This document shows positions 18,771 through 27,677 of a stretch of 64,000 nt of DNA, piece by piece. Within the stretch, counting starts at the first letter, position 1, and each line of letters begins with the position of its first letter. The stretch covers positions 926 through 64,925 of the forward strand of contig JAGNDY010000002.1 of assembly GCA_018003655.1 (NCBI GenBank), read 5' to 3'. A program made the position numbers and the translations under genes. Origin of the DNA: Candidatus Nanopelagicales bacterium. Lineage in GTDB: Bacteria; Actinomycetota; Actinomycetes; S36-B12; UBA10799. The notes under the pieces are model-generated. The model was given only the letters and a program-made list of their open reading frames with translations, made no database searches and was not told where the DNA came from.

Positions 18771-19636
18771 CGGTTCGAGCGTGTGAAGTCTGCTCTGGCG
18801 AATCCTCGCTGGTAACACTGGACGACCAAGCGCACCTCTATCGGTGTGCAGACTGCGGACACGTCGAGCGGGATCTGGACCTGGCCCCGGCCTATGCCAG
18901 AAACGTCGAATACGGCGAAGGTCCAGGAGGCACCGTACGGATCGAGCTGACCTACCGCCGACTTCTGCACCGAGTGCCCGAGTTGTCTCCCCCAGGTGCC
19001 GTTCTTGAGGTTGGTTGCGGGCCAGAGGCATTGCTGGCGCGCCGGCTGGCCCGAGCTGGCTTTGACGTGGTCGGCATAGATCCAAACGTGTCGACAGGCG
19101 AAGTCGACGGAGTCCGACTCGTTCGTGCGGGCCTTGACGCCAGCACCGCCCGCGTCCTCAGCGAGGTCGCCAGCCATTCCTCAGCGGGCTACCGGGCGGC
19201 CACTGCGATCCACGTGCTTGAGCACATCGGTGACCTACACACGGCACTGCGCGTCCTGCGGTCACAACTGCAGAACGATGGATCTTTCTACGCCATCACA
19301 CCAGCCGGTGACAGCAGTGCACTATCCCGAAATGGTTCCGCCTGGTGGATGCTCGAAGATCCCACGCATATTCGGTTTTTCTCCGAGCAATCACTGCGCA
19401 TCGCACTGCAACGTGCAGGCTTTGGCAACATCCGCATCCGGCGGCTGGTCACCGACAGCATGGCCACCGACTCAGCGACCCTCATCCGTAAGCTGCGTCC
19501 TAGGACTCGACCCAAGGGCGTGCTCGATCAAACCAGCACAAGGGTGATATCAGTTGTAACCTTGCCCTTTGCCCTTGGAGCTCGCGTCGTGTCCAAACGA
19601 TGGCGATCAGTACTTGAAGTTGTCGCCGACAGCTAG
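18767..19636 (+). CDS. class I SAM-dependent methyltransferase with N-terminal Cys4 ribbon
   Basis: CEVCSG..CADCGH is followed by motif I VLEVGCGPEALLARRL. The GTG start forms a GTGA overlap with the stop of the preceding gene. Confidence 0.65.
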   Translation: MTVRACEVCSGESSLVTLDDQAHLYRCADCGHVERDLDLAPAYARNVEYGEGPGGTVRIELTYRRLLHRVPELSPPGAVLEVGCGPEALLARRLARAGFDVVGIDPNVSTGEVDGVRLVRAGLDASTARVLSEVASHSSAGYRAATAIHVLEHIGDLHTALRVLRSQLQNDGSFYAITPAGDSSALSRNGSAWWMLEDPTHIRFFSEQSLRIALQRAGFGNIRIRRLVTDSMATDSATLIRKLRPRTRPKGVLDQTSTRVISVVTLPFALGARVVSKRWRSVLEVVADS

Positions 19637-19641
19637 ACCAG

Positions 19642-21450
19642 TCATGACCCAAATACCTGCACCGGGTTTCCGTACACCACTTTGTTCAGGCAGACAGCGT
19701 CTTTCGGGCTGGGCACGGAGAAATCCAAGTCCCCACCGAAGGCGCCAACCGAGGCATAGACGTCGTTCCACTGGTTGGCTTTGACGGGGATGTCCGTCGG
19801 TGCCGAACCCACGTTCACGGTCAAGACGGTGTCCGTCTTGGAGTAGTACTGCAGATAGACGACTCGCCAGAAGTTGAATGGCGTCGGGGTGATTGGAATC
19901 CTCGCCGTGTCGTCTACAAGCGTCCCGCAACCCGGTGACAAGCCCGTCGGAAGCTCCGGACCGTCGACTATTCCGGGCTTGAGGTGCCCGTCCGCTGCAA
20001 CGACGGTCAACTTCTCGCTCCACGTCGCCCAGTGAGGCTGGCGAGGATAGATCTTGAACATTGACTCCTGCGTATTGAAAGGCAACGGGGCGACCACCAA
20101 CCCGAAGGCAGCCGGTGGGGAACTGTTGAAGACTTGCGCCTGTGGGTTCGCAGCAAGGTCAGCCTGCAGATTGTCGGAGAAGCTACGCCCGGGGTTCACA
20201 CTGAAGATGTCGCGATAGGCCGCTGCGGACACCAGCGTGCTGACGCTGAACAGCGCCACGCAGCAGCCGACAGCAACCGGATTCCCCAGGTATCGCCGCA
20301 GAGTCAGGGCTGCGGGATTTGATCGTCGCTCGCTCGCCGGGTCAATTCTCAGTCCGAAGAACGCGACTGCCAGCGTGCACGCCAGCAACGGTGCACCATC
20401 AGCGAAGTGACGGAATGTGTGGGTGACGCCCCAGCCCACCGTCGAGACTCGGCCAACTACCAGCGGGACGGTGGCAATCCCGACGAAGACAAACCACGGC
20501 AGCCAGACACGCAACCGCCGCCGACGCAGCATGGCTGAAATGACGACCAAACCGATAAGCAGGATGATCGAGAGGGCCGTCATGAACACGGGGGCGTTGC
20601 CATCCGCGTTCACATTCCCAAAAGCAAACCACCGCCAAGGCCCACCGGCGAGGATCCACCCGATTGTCTGGGTGTAGGTCCCGGCAAACGATCTGCCAGC
20701 GTCGACCAATGCAGGTGGTCGCAGAGGCTCCTGCGAAATGAAGGCAAACGCGGTGACGTACACAACGCCCAGCACCGCGAAGGCCGCCCATAGCCGCCGG
20801 TAGCTCCGCAAGGTGACGGTCAGTGAGTCAATAAACCCACCTCGGACGAACCAACCTGCGGTGATCAAGAACAGGATGAACGGAATCAGGACTGCCTTTT
20901 CAAGGAACAGCAGACCCGCGACTACCGAGAGGAAGGCTCCCAGCCAGGCTGTGTTCGAGTTCGTTCTCAGCAACTTCACCTGGAAGAAGATCGCCAGACC
21001 ACCGAAAAGCCAGACAGGAATGACGGTCACGGCGACGACGATCCAAGTTGAGCTTGGGTAGGACAGTGCCGAAAGCATTGGCACTAGCAAGGCAACAACC
21101 GCCAGCGGACGCGGACCCACCAGACTCCGCAGCGCTAGCCAAGTGGTGACGCCGGCACCGGCGAGCAGCAGCGAGGCAAGAACAACCATTGGTAGCCAAG
21201 GAGTGCCACCCCCGATGGCGACGCCGAACCCGAACAGCAGAAGGGTCGCGGGCTGAAGGTGACCGCCATACGCCTCGAACATCCGCGCTGGGTTGACTCC
21301 TTCATTGGCGATCCGACTGAGCATGACCCAGTCGTCAGACCAGAAATACCCTCGCACGCCCACATAGATGGAGACAACGACCGCCGCAACTACAACGACT
21401 GCAGCAAGCCAATCGGCGAGCTGCAGTCGTTGTAGTTGGCGTCGAACCAC
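19642..21450 (-). CDS. polytopic membrane protein, putative GT-C-fold glycosyltransferase
   Basis: 602 aa. The first loop carries YFWSDDW, a GT-C-like acidic motif. About 10 TM helices are followed by a ~200-aa C-terminal soluble domain. The assignment rests on architecture only. Confidence 0.55.
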   Translation of the reverse strand: MVRRQLQRLQLADWLAAVVVVAAVVVSIYVGVRGYFWSDDWVMLSRIANEGVNPARMFEAYGGHLQPATLLLFGFGVAIGGGTPWLPMVVLASLLLAGAGVTTWLALRSLVGPRPLAVVALLVPMLSALSYPSSTWIVVAVTVIPVWLFGGLAIFFQVKLLRTNSNTAWLGAFLSVVAGLLFLEKAVLIPFILFLITAGWFVRGGFIDSLTVTLRSYRRLWAAFAVLGVVYVTAFAFISQEPLRPPALVDAGRSFAGTYTQTIGWILAGGPWRWFAFGNVNADGNAPVFMTALSIILLIGLVVISAMLRRRRLRVWLPWFVFVGIATVPLVVGRVSTVGWGVTHTFRHFADGAPLLACTLAVAFFGLRIDPASERRSNPAALTLRRYLGNPVAVGCCVALFSVSTLVSAAAYRDIFSVNPGRSFSDNLQADLAANPQAQVFNSSPPAAFGLVVAPLPFNTQESMFKIYPRQPHWATWSEKLTVVAADGHLKPGIVDGPELPTGLSPGCGTLVDDTARIPITPTPFNFWRVVYLQYYSKTDTVLTVNVGSAPTDIPVKANQWNDVYASVGAFGGDLDFSVPSPKDAVCLNKVVYGNPVQVFGS

Positions 21451-21459
21451 GATTGATGG

Positions 21460-22938
21460 CTACTCGGCGCCGGAGAGTTTGTCGCGAAGCGCCTGGAGCG
21501 CCTCGTTGGCATCGCTGTCCAGCGCACCAGCAGCAGCGGCCTCGGACTTGTCTGAGGAGAAGCTGCTCGCGCCCTCGGCAGTGGTTTCGGCGGCCTCGGC
21601 ATCGGCCTTCTTAGCCTCGCCGATCTGCGTCTTGTGCTGTTCCCAGCGCGCGTACGCGTCGTTGTACTGGCGTTCCCATTCGGTCCGCTGGTCTTCGAAG
21701 CCCTCTTTCCACTCACCGGTGTTGGGGTCGAAGCCTTCCGGCCCGATGTAGGCGCCGGCCTCGTCGTAGGAGGCGGGCATGCCGTAGAGGTACGGATCGA
21801 ACTCGTCTACTGTCTCGGTTCCGCTGTCGTTGGCCTGCTTGAGTGACAACGAGATACGGCGGCGCTCGAGGTCGATGTCGATCACCTTGACGAAGATCTC
21901 GTCATCAACGGTGACGACCTGCTCTGGCATTTCAACGTGGCGCTCAGCCAGCTCGGAGATGTGCACCAGACCCTCGATGCCGTCGTCGACGCGGACGAAG
22001 GCGCCGAACGGCACCAACTTGGTCACCCGACCGGGGACAACCTGGCCGGTTGCGTGGGTTCGAGCGAACTGCTGCCACGGATCTTCCTGGGTGGCCTTGA
22101 GTGACAGCGAGACGCGCTCGCGGTCCATGTCCACGTCGAGAACCTCGACGGTGACTTCCTGGCCCACCTCGACAACCTCGGACGGGTGATCGATGTGCTT
22201 CCAGGACAGTTCGGAGACGTGCACCAGACCGTCGACGCCACCGAGGTCCACGAAGGCACCGAAGTTGACGATGGAGCTGACGACGCCGCTGCGGACCTGG
22301 CCCTTTTGAAGCTCGTTGAGGAAGTCGTGGCGAACCTGCGACTGGGTCTGCTCAAGCCATGCGCGACGCGAAAGGACGACGTTATTGCGATTCTTGTCCA
22401 GCTCGATGATCTTCGCTTCGATCTCGTCACCGACATATGGCTGCAAGTCGCGCACGCGACGCATCTCGACGAGGGAAGCTGGCAGGAACCCACGGAGGCC
22501 GATATCGAGGATTAGTCCACCCTTGACCACCTCGATGACAGTGCCCTTGACGACTCCGTCGGCTTCCTTGATTGCCTCAATATCGCCCCAAGCGCGCTCG
22601 TACTGCGCGCGTTTCTTGGACAGGATCAGCCGACCGTCTTTGTCTTCCTTCTGGAGAACGAGTGCCTCGACCTCGTCGCCCACGGAAACGACCTCGCTGG
22701 GGTCAACGTCGTGTTTGATCGATAGTTCTCGGCTCGGAATGACACCCTCGGTCTTGTAACCGATGTCGAGTAGGACCTCGTCCCGGTCGACTTTAACGAT
22801 GGTGCCTTCGACAATGTCACCATCGTTGAAGTACTTGATGGTCTCGTCGATAGCGGCTAGTAGGGCTGCCTCGTCGCCAATGTCGTTGATGGCGATGGAT
22901 GGGATCTCGTGGGCAGCGGTGACGTCAGTTGCGGTCAT
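21460..22938 (-). CDS. rpsA: 30S ribosomal protein S1
   Basis: 492 aa with repeated S1 domains (GTIVKVDRDEVLLDIGYKTEGVIP, GTVIEVVKGGLILDIGLRGFLP and others). Confidence 0.97.
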   Translation of the reverse strand: MTATDVTAAHEIPSIAINDIGDEAALLAAIDETIKYFNDGDIVEGTIVKVDRDEVLLDIGYKTEGVIPSRELSIKHDVDPSEVVSVGDEVEALVLQKEDKDGRLILSKKRAQYERAWGDIEAIKEADGVVKGTVIEVVKGGLILDIGLRGFLPASLVEMRRVRDLQPYVGDEIEAKIIELDKNRNNVVLSRRAWLEQTQSQVRHDFLNELQKGQVRSGVVSSIVNFGAFVDLGGVDGLVHVSELSWKHIDHPSEVVEVGQEVTVEVLDVDMDRERVSLSLKATQEDPWQQFARTHATGQVVPGRVTKLVPFGAFVRVDDGIEGLVHISELAERHVEMPEQVVTVDDEIFVKVIDIDLERRRISLSLKQANDSGTETVDEFDPYLYGMPASYDEAGAYIGPEGFDPNTGEWKEGFEDQRTEWERQYNDAYARWEQHKTQIGEAKKADAEAAETTAEGASSFSSDKSEAAAAGALDSDANEALQALRDKLSGAE

Positions 22939-23002
22939 GGAGGAAAGGACTCCGGGATGGACATGAATCTCGTTGCGGAAAGTGGACAGTTGAAGGCTAC
23001 CT

Positions 23003-23041
23003 GACGAGGGGCGGCCCGGGAATCCCGGACCGCCCCTCGTC
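23003..23041. terminator. strong GC-rich hairpin (candidate terminator of the DUF3068 gene, in the rpsA upstream region)
   Basis: An 18-position stem (17 bp plus one C-A mismatch) at 23003-23020 / 23024-23041 with a 3-nt loop AAT. It lies 18 nt downstream of the stop at 23059-23061 on the minus strand. There is no clear U-tract. Confidence 0.45.
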
Positions 23042-23058
23042 AGACTTCGTGCAGTTGC

Positions 23059-24066
23059 CTATGCGGCTGGCGGTGCCCCCGAGGTGGAAACGGCGGTCGC
23101 CTCTTTCGACTTGGCTCCGGACTTTGCCATCAGCCAGCCGATGACGACCAGGATGATGCCGAGGATCAGGAACACAATCGGCAGAACGTTCATCACCAGG
23201 TTGAGCTGACTTGCCTTGGCGTTGATGTCCTTGGCCGCCTGCTCCAAGTACGCGGGCGAAGCCGATGCCTTGACCGACAATGCTGTCGCCAGGTCGGTCG
23301 TGCCGTCTGGGCCACGGAACGTCACGGTCGGCGTTGCGGCCGTGTCAACGATCTGGCCGGTCAGTGGCTCGATCCAGAACGTGGTGGTGTTCTCGTAGTA
23401 CTGGCTGATCGTGACGTCTCCCGAGCCAGGGAGCTTGACGATCTTGGCCGGGACCTTCATCTCGGAGCCGGGTACCTGGGTCGGCGGGATCGCCTGGGTG
23501 AAGCGGTAGGACGCCACTCCAGCGTGGTCCTCCTTGGCCTCGAACACCGCAGGTGCCGTTGCCTGGAGTTGGTCATCCCAGATGTCGTATGTCTGCTCCT
23601 TGACGAAGAACGGGAACTTCAAAGGCATGATTCCGCTGAAGTTGACCGTCTTGCCGGCAACGTTGGCGCCGCAGCAGTTGGCCAACTGCGAATCAGTCTG
23701 ACCGAACGCGTAGCGCGATTGGCTGGCGGTGATGAGACGCCCGTCGTCGGCATTGGTGCGGGAGAAGGTGTCGTAAACCGCGAGTCCGTCGGATTTTGCG
23801 GGATCCTGATCCGCGGCCAACACGTCACCTCGCGTGTACCGCGTGTTGGTCACAGGCGTGTTCGCCGGGAAGTAGGGGTCGGCTTTGCCAGCTGCGAACT
23901 CGGCGATGTTGAGTTGTTTAACGGCCACACCAACGCCTTCAGAGACGGTGTACTGGTCGAGCGGCGCTACAGCGGCGCTTGGTCCGACATAGAATCGGAA
24001 CAGCGGCGCGAGGACGATGAGCATGAAGCCCAAGCCCAGCAGAATAAGTCCAAATACACGCTTCAC
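23059..24066 (-). CDS. DUF3068/PorA-family-like envelope protein
   Basis: Has an N-terminal signal-anchor MKRVFGLILLGLGFMLIVLAPLFRFYV, a large extracytoplasmic domain and a C-terminal TM helix. The family name is from memory. Confidence 0.6.
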   Translation of the reverse strand: MKRVFGLILLGLGFMLIVLAPLFRFYVGPSAAVAPLDQYTVSEGVGVAVKQLNIAEFAAGKADPYFPANTPVTNTRYTRGDVLAADQDPAKSDGLAVYDTFSRTNADDGRLITASQSRYAFGQTDSQLANCCGANVAGKTVNFSGIMPLKFPFFVKEQTYDIWDDQLQATAPAVFEAKEDHAGVASYRFTQAIPPTQVPGSEMKVPAKIVKLPGSGDVTISQYYENTTTFWIEPLTGQIVDTAATPTVTFRGPDGTTDLATALSVKASASPAYLEQAAKDINAKASQLNLVMNVLPIVFLILGIILVVIGWLMAKSGAKSKEATAVSTSGAPPAA

Positions 24067-24160
24067 GTCGTGCCTCCAGGTCGGGTCAAGTTAGCGTTGA
24101 TGAACTTAGCGTAAAGAGTGGCAGTTATGCACCCATAGCGCCACATTCGGGCGTGGTGGA

Positions 24161-24754
24161 TCATTTTTTCGGTGAATCCCTCGTGTCAACGCGCGTCATC
24201 TGCACTAGCAGGTCGTCAACCAAATCACTAAGGGCCGCGTATCGCGGCACTGCCTGACCGCCGTCAGGCGCGGAGCCGCCAATCAGAGCTACCCCTGTGC
24301 CGGCGGCCATGCCAGCTGCGATATCTGTCATTGCGTCACCAACCATGATCGCGTCGGCCGGATCGATCGCCCACGCCGACAGCGCCTGCTGCAAGAGGCC
24401 CGGCAAGGGCTTTCGGCAGTCGCAACTGCCTTCTACATGGGGGCAGGTAAATACGCCATCGACGTGTGCGCCCGACTCGGCCAGCAACGTCTGCATTCGA
24501 TCGTGTACTTGCGCAACCGCGGCCTCGGTCACGACCCCAGTACCGATTCCCTGCTGGTTGGTCACGACCAGCACAACGAACCCGGCGCGATTGAGCTTTG
24601 CGATCGCTGGTGCAACCCCCGCCTCGAGTTCGAAGTCGCGAGGATCACCCACATATCTGGTCCGTTCGGGTGACACGTTGATCGTTCCGTCCCGATCAAG
24701 CAATACGCACCGTATCCGGTTCAGCACTGTGTCCCTGCCTTCAATGGGACTCAT
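24161..24754 (-). CDS. gmhB: D-glycero-D-manno-heptose 1,7-bisphosphate phosphatase (HAD-IIIA)
   Basis: Contains the HAD motifs VLLDRDGTIN, VVTNQQGIG and MVGDAMTDIAAG. ATGA overlap with the gmhA stop. Confidence 0.8.
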   Translation of the reverse strand: MSPIEGRDTVLNRIRCVLLDRDGTINVSPERTRYVGDPRDFELEAGVAPAIAKLNRAGFVVLVVTNQQGIGTGVVTEAAVAQVHDRMQTLLAESGAHVDGVFTCPHVEGSCDCRKPLPGLLQQALSAWAIDPADAIMVGDAMTDIAAGMAAGTGVALIGGSAPDGGQAVPRYAALSDLVDDLLVQMTRVDTRDSPKK

Positions 24755-25347
24755 CCGAACAGGCGAATCTCAACCCACTCGGCCCACAGATGTCCCCAGA
24801 TTTTGTGGACTTCCTGGATGCGACCGATCACATCGCTCGGAGCTCGCATGACGACGTCGGCGACTGTCTCCATCTGCCCGCCGGTGGTTCCCGTGAGCGC
24901 AATCGTGCGCAGCTCGAGTTCTCGCGCCTGCCTGAGGCCGGCCAGCACGTTGGCCGATCGCCCGGAACCGGACAGCCCGAAGACCATGTCGCCCGGCCGC
25001 GCGAGCGCCGTGACTTGGCGAGCGAAAACCTGCTCGTATCCGTAGTCGTTCGCTAAGGCCGTCAAAATTGCCGGTGAGTCCGTCAGTGACAGTGCCGGCA
25101 ACGGGTCGCTCTCGTGGACACAGCGTCCAACAAACTCCGCCGCCATGTGGCCCGCATCGGCCGCACTGCCTCCGTTGCCAAAGAAGAGCAACTTATGACC
25201 ATTGCGAATGGTGTCTTCAATCTCGCCCGCGACCTCTTCGACAGCCTGCACCGACTCTGGATCCTTCAGTTGGTGCAGCACGGACTCAATGTCAGAGACC
25301 CTGTCCAGTAGTAGCCGGTCGAAAGCACGTTGATCTAACTTGTTCAC
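24751..25347 (-). CDS. gmhA: phosphoheptose (sedoheptulose-7-P) isomerase, SIS domain
   Basis: Has the block LLFFGNGGSAADAGHMAAEFVGR. GTG 25347 forms a GTGA overlap with the hddA stop. The ORF-track start is 25362. Confidence 0.85.
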   Translation of the reverse strand: MNKLDQRAFDRLLLDRVSDIESVLHQLKDPESVQAVEEVAGEIEDTIRNGHKLLFFGNGGSAADAGHMAAEFVGRCVHESDPLPALSLTDSPAILTALANDYGYEQVFARQVTALARPGDMVFGLSGSGRSANVLAGLRQARELELRTIALTGTTGGQMETVADVVMRAPSDVIGRIQEVHKIWGHLWAEWVEIRLFG

Positions 25348-26414
25348 GGCCACGCCCTCCACGTAGTCAGCCCTTGGCGACTGAAACCAAAGTCCGTCAC
25401 CGTCAGTCCGAGGTTAACCAGCGACTCGGTCACCAACGGTCGCGTTCCCTCGCCGAGGTAGAAGAGCATGTATCCCCCACCGCCAGCACCGGTCACCTTG
25501 CCACCAATCGCGCCAGCCTTCTTCGCTGCCTCATAGGCGTCATCGATGTATCCAGTGGCGATCCGGGGACTCATACGGCGCTTCTCGTGCCACGCCTCAT
25601 CCAGCAGTTCGCCGAACACCCGCGGGCGCCGTTGCAGCAGAGCGTTCTTCATTTCCACGGCCAATTGCTTCTGTCGCCGCAGCGCATCGATGGCACCCGG
25701 TTCGCCTCCGAGGTACCGCGAGGTCTGGTCGGCGATGATGTGATCGGACATCCGAGTTCTGCCGGTGTCGACCAGCAACAGGTTGTGTTCGAGCTCGCGG
25801 ACTGTCTCGTCATCGATCCGCAGCGGGTTGACCACGACGTGGTCTGCGTGGAACTCAATGAAGTTGAACCCACCGAACGTCGCGGCGTACTGGTCTTGCA
25901 ACCCACCGGCGATTCCGAGGTCCTGTCGCTCCACGAGATATGCCAATTCGGCGATCTCATAGCTGGTCAGCGGAGTCCGATAATGGGCCTGCATCGCCCC
26001 GATCAACGCCACGACTACGGCCGAGGAGGCTCCCAGACCCGAACCTGGTGGAGCCGACGAGCGCAGGGTGACGTCAAAACCGCCAGCCTCCTTGTCGATG
26101 ACACGTCGAACCGCCGCCTTGGCCAAGTCGAGGTTGCCGTCAAAGTGAATCTGGTCGCCCACCTGGAAGGACGCCTCCCGGCCAAGATCGTGGGACGTCA
26201 CCGTGACCGCCCGGTCATCTCGCGGACTAAGGCTGGCAAACGCGGCCCGGTCTATGGTTGCGCTGAGGACAAACCCACCCTCGTTCTCCGGGAATGGGGG
26301 CACATCGGTACCGCCACCCGCGAAGCTCAAACGCAGCGGCGCCTTAGCGCGAATCACTTCTGAGCCCGACTTCAAACCTGCCTCCAGAAATCCAAACGGT
26401 CTGCAATCATGCAA
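25344..26414 (-). CDS. hddA: GHMP kinase, D-glycero-alpha-D-manno-heptose-7-phosphate kinase type
   Basis: Has the N-terminal block RAKAPLRLSFAGGGTDVPPF and the GHMP motif PPGSGLGASSAVVVA. Confidence 0.8.
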   Translation of the reverse strand: MHDCRPFGFLEAGLKSGSEVIRAKAPLRLSFAGGGTDVPPFPENEGGFVLSATIDRAAFASLSPRDDRAVTVTSHDLGREASFQVGDQIHFDGNLDLAKAAVRRVIDKEAGGFDVTLRSSAPPGSGLGASSAVVVALIGAMQAHYRTPLTSYEIAELAYLVERQDLGIAGGLQDQYAATFGGFNFIEFHADHVVVNPLRIDDETVRELEHNLLLVDTGRTRMSDHIIADQTSRYLGGEPGAIDALRRQKQLAVEMKNALLQRRPRVFGELLDEAWHEKRRMSPRIATGYIDDAYEAAKKAGAIGGKVTGAGGGGYMLFYLGEGTRPLVTESLVNLGLTVTDFGFSRQGLTTWRAWP

Positions 26415-26495
26415 CTACCCATCCCGGTGTGCACGATGGCCACGGGCACGCTGAAGACTAGCCTGAATTACGCCCCTTGAGGAGGCTTAGCGGCA

Positions 26496-27677
26496 ATGGT
26501 CAGTTCAACGACTCACCCGCACAGTACTCCCGCCCATGATGCCCCCCGCCTTGACGGGCTCCGTGCCATTGCCGCAACGCTCGTTGTGCTTACTCACTCC
26601 GGCTTCCTTTCCGGGCAGTACTACAACGGCCAAGTTGGCGCCTTCTTGGCCAGGTCAGACGTGGGTGTTCCCATCTTCTTCGCCCTCTCGGGCTTTCTGC
26701 TCAGTCGTAGCTGGGCACGCAAGGAACCAGGCCGTCCGGGTCTGCGCCGGTACTTCCGGCACCGCTTCTGGCGCATCGCCCCGGCTTATTGGGTAGCGCT
26801 GGTCGCGGTGCTGCTCACAACTGCTCACGGCACCGACTTCGCTGCGATCGCATCCAACTTTTCGCTTACCCAGGTCTACAGCAACGATTTGTTGCCTAGC
26901 TTCACCCAGACCTGGAGTTTGTGCGCTGAAGTCGCCTTCTACCTCGCGCTGCCGTTGATTGCGCCCTGGGCGTTGGCCAGTGACGCGGTCAATCCGTTCC
27001 GGTCGTCAATCAAACGCTGCCTCGTCCTCTGCCTTGTCGCGTGGACGTGGCTTGGATTCTTCACACTCGTCGGTGCTGGCAACACCGCAGGAGCCCTGAC
27101 CCAGTGGGCGCCGGGGCACCTGGATTGGTTTGCCGCAGGAATCATCCTCGCGCGGTTTGAGCCGCAGGTGCGCACCCGGTTGCAAGCCCTCCCACGGGGC
27201 AGCATTTTGGCTCACCCGGGGACACTCATGCTGGGCGCGATTGCTCTGTTCTGGCTGGCAATGACCCCGCTTGCAGGGCCCAGGGATCTGTCGACGCCGA
27301 GTGTCTTCTCAGCGTTAACCCGAGAGATCCTGTACGCCGCAATTGCCGGCCTTGCAGTACTTGCGGCGCTGACCGACGCCAGCGCAGACACTTGGTGGGG
27401 CCGCACTCTGCAATCACCGTTTATGAAGTGGGCTGCGGAGATATCTTACGCCGTGTTCCTCTGGCACCTGCTCGTGCTGCAGGGTCTAAGAAACCTGTTC
27501 GGGTTTGCCGACTTCACCGGCAATTGGTTCTTCTTGGCTGTCCTCACCCTTATCGTGTCGGCCGCCATCGCGCAACTGTCCGTCTGGTTGGTCGAGCGTC
27601 CCAGCATGCGCATCGCGCGCCGGGGTGATCCGCAGCGAAAGAACCAGCCAAGCCAACAGGCCGCCGCAACTCAGTAA
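26496..27677 (+). CDS. acyltransferase-3 family membrane protein
   Basis: Has the block LDGLRAIAATLVVLTHSGF and about 10 TM helices. ATG 26496 is preceded by GGAGG at 26481-26485. Confidence 0.8.
   Translation: MVSSTTHPHSTPAHDAPRLDGLRAIAATLVVLTHSGFLSGQYYNGQVGAFLARSDVGVPIFFALSGFLLSRSWARKEPGRPGLRRYFRHRFWRIAPAYWVALVAVLLTTAHGTDFAAIASNFSLTQVYSNDLLPSFTQTWSLCAEVAFYLALPLIAPWALASDAVNPFRSSIKRCLVLCLVAWTWLGFFTLVGAGNTAGALTQWAPGHLDWFAAGIILARFEPQVRTRLQALPRGSILAHPGTLMLGAIALFWLAMTPLAGPRDLSTPSVFSALTREILYAAIAGLAVLAALTDASADTWWGRTLQSPFMKWAAEISYAVFLWHLLVLQGLRNLFGFADFTGNWFFLAVLTLIVSAAIAQLSVWLVERPSMRIARRGDPQRKNQPSQQAAATQ

Noticed and set aside
25068-26363. 431-aa plus-strand ORF
   Set aside because: It is fully antisense to hddA, whose translation carries clear GHMP-kinase motifs. 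Its own translation is Arg/Pro/Ser/Gln-rich with no recognisable domain, the usual shadow ORF of high-G+C DNA.
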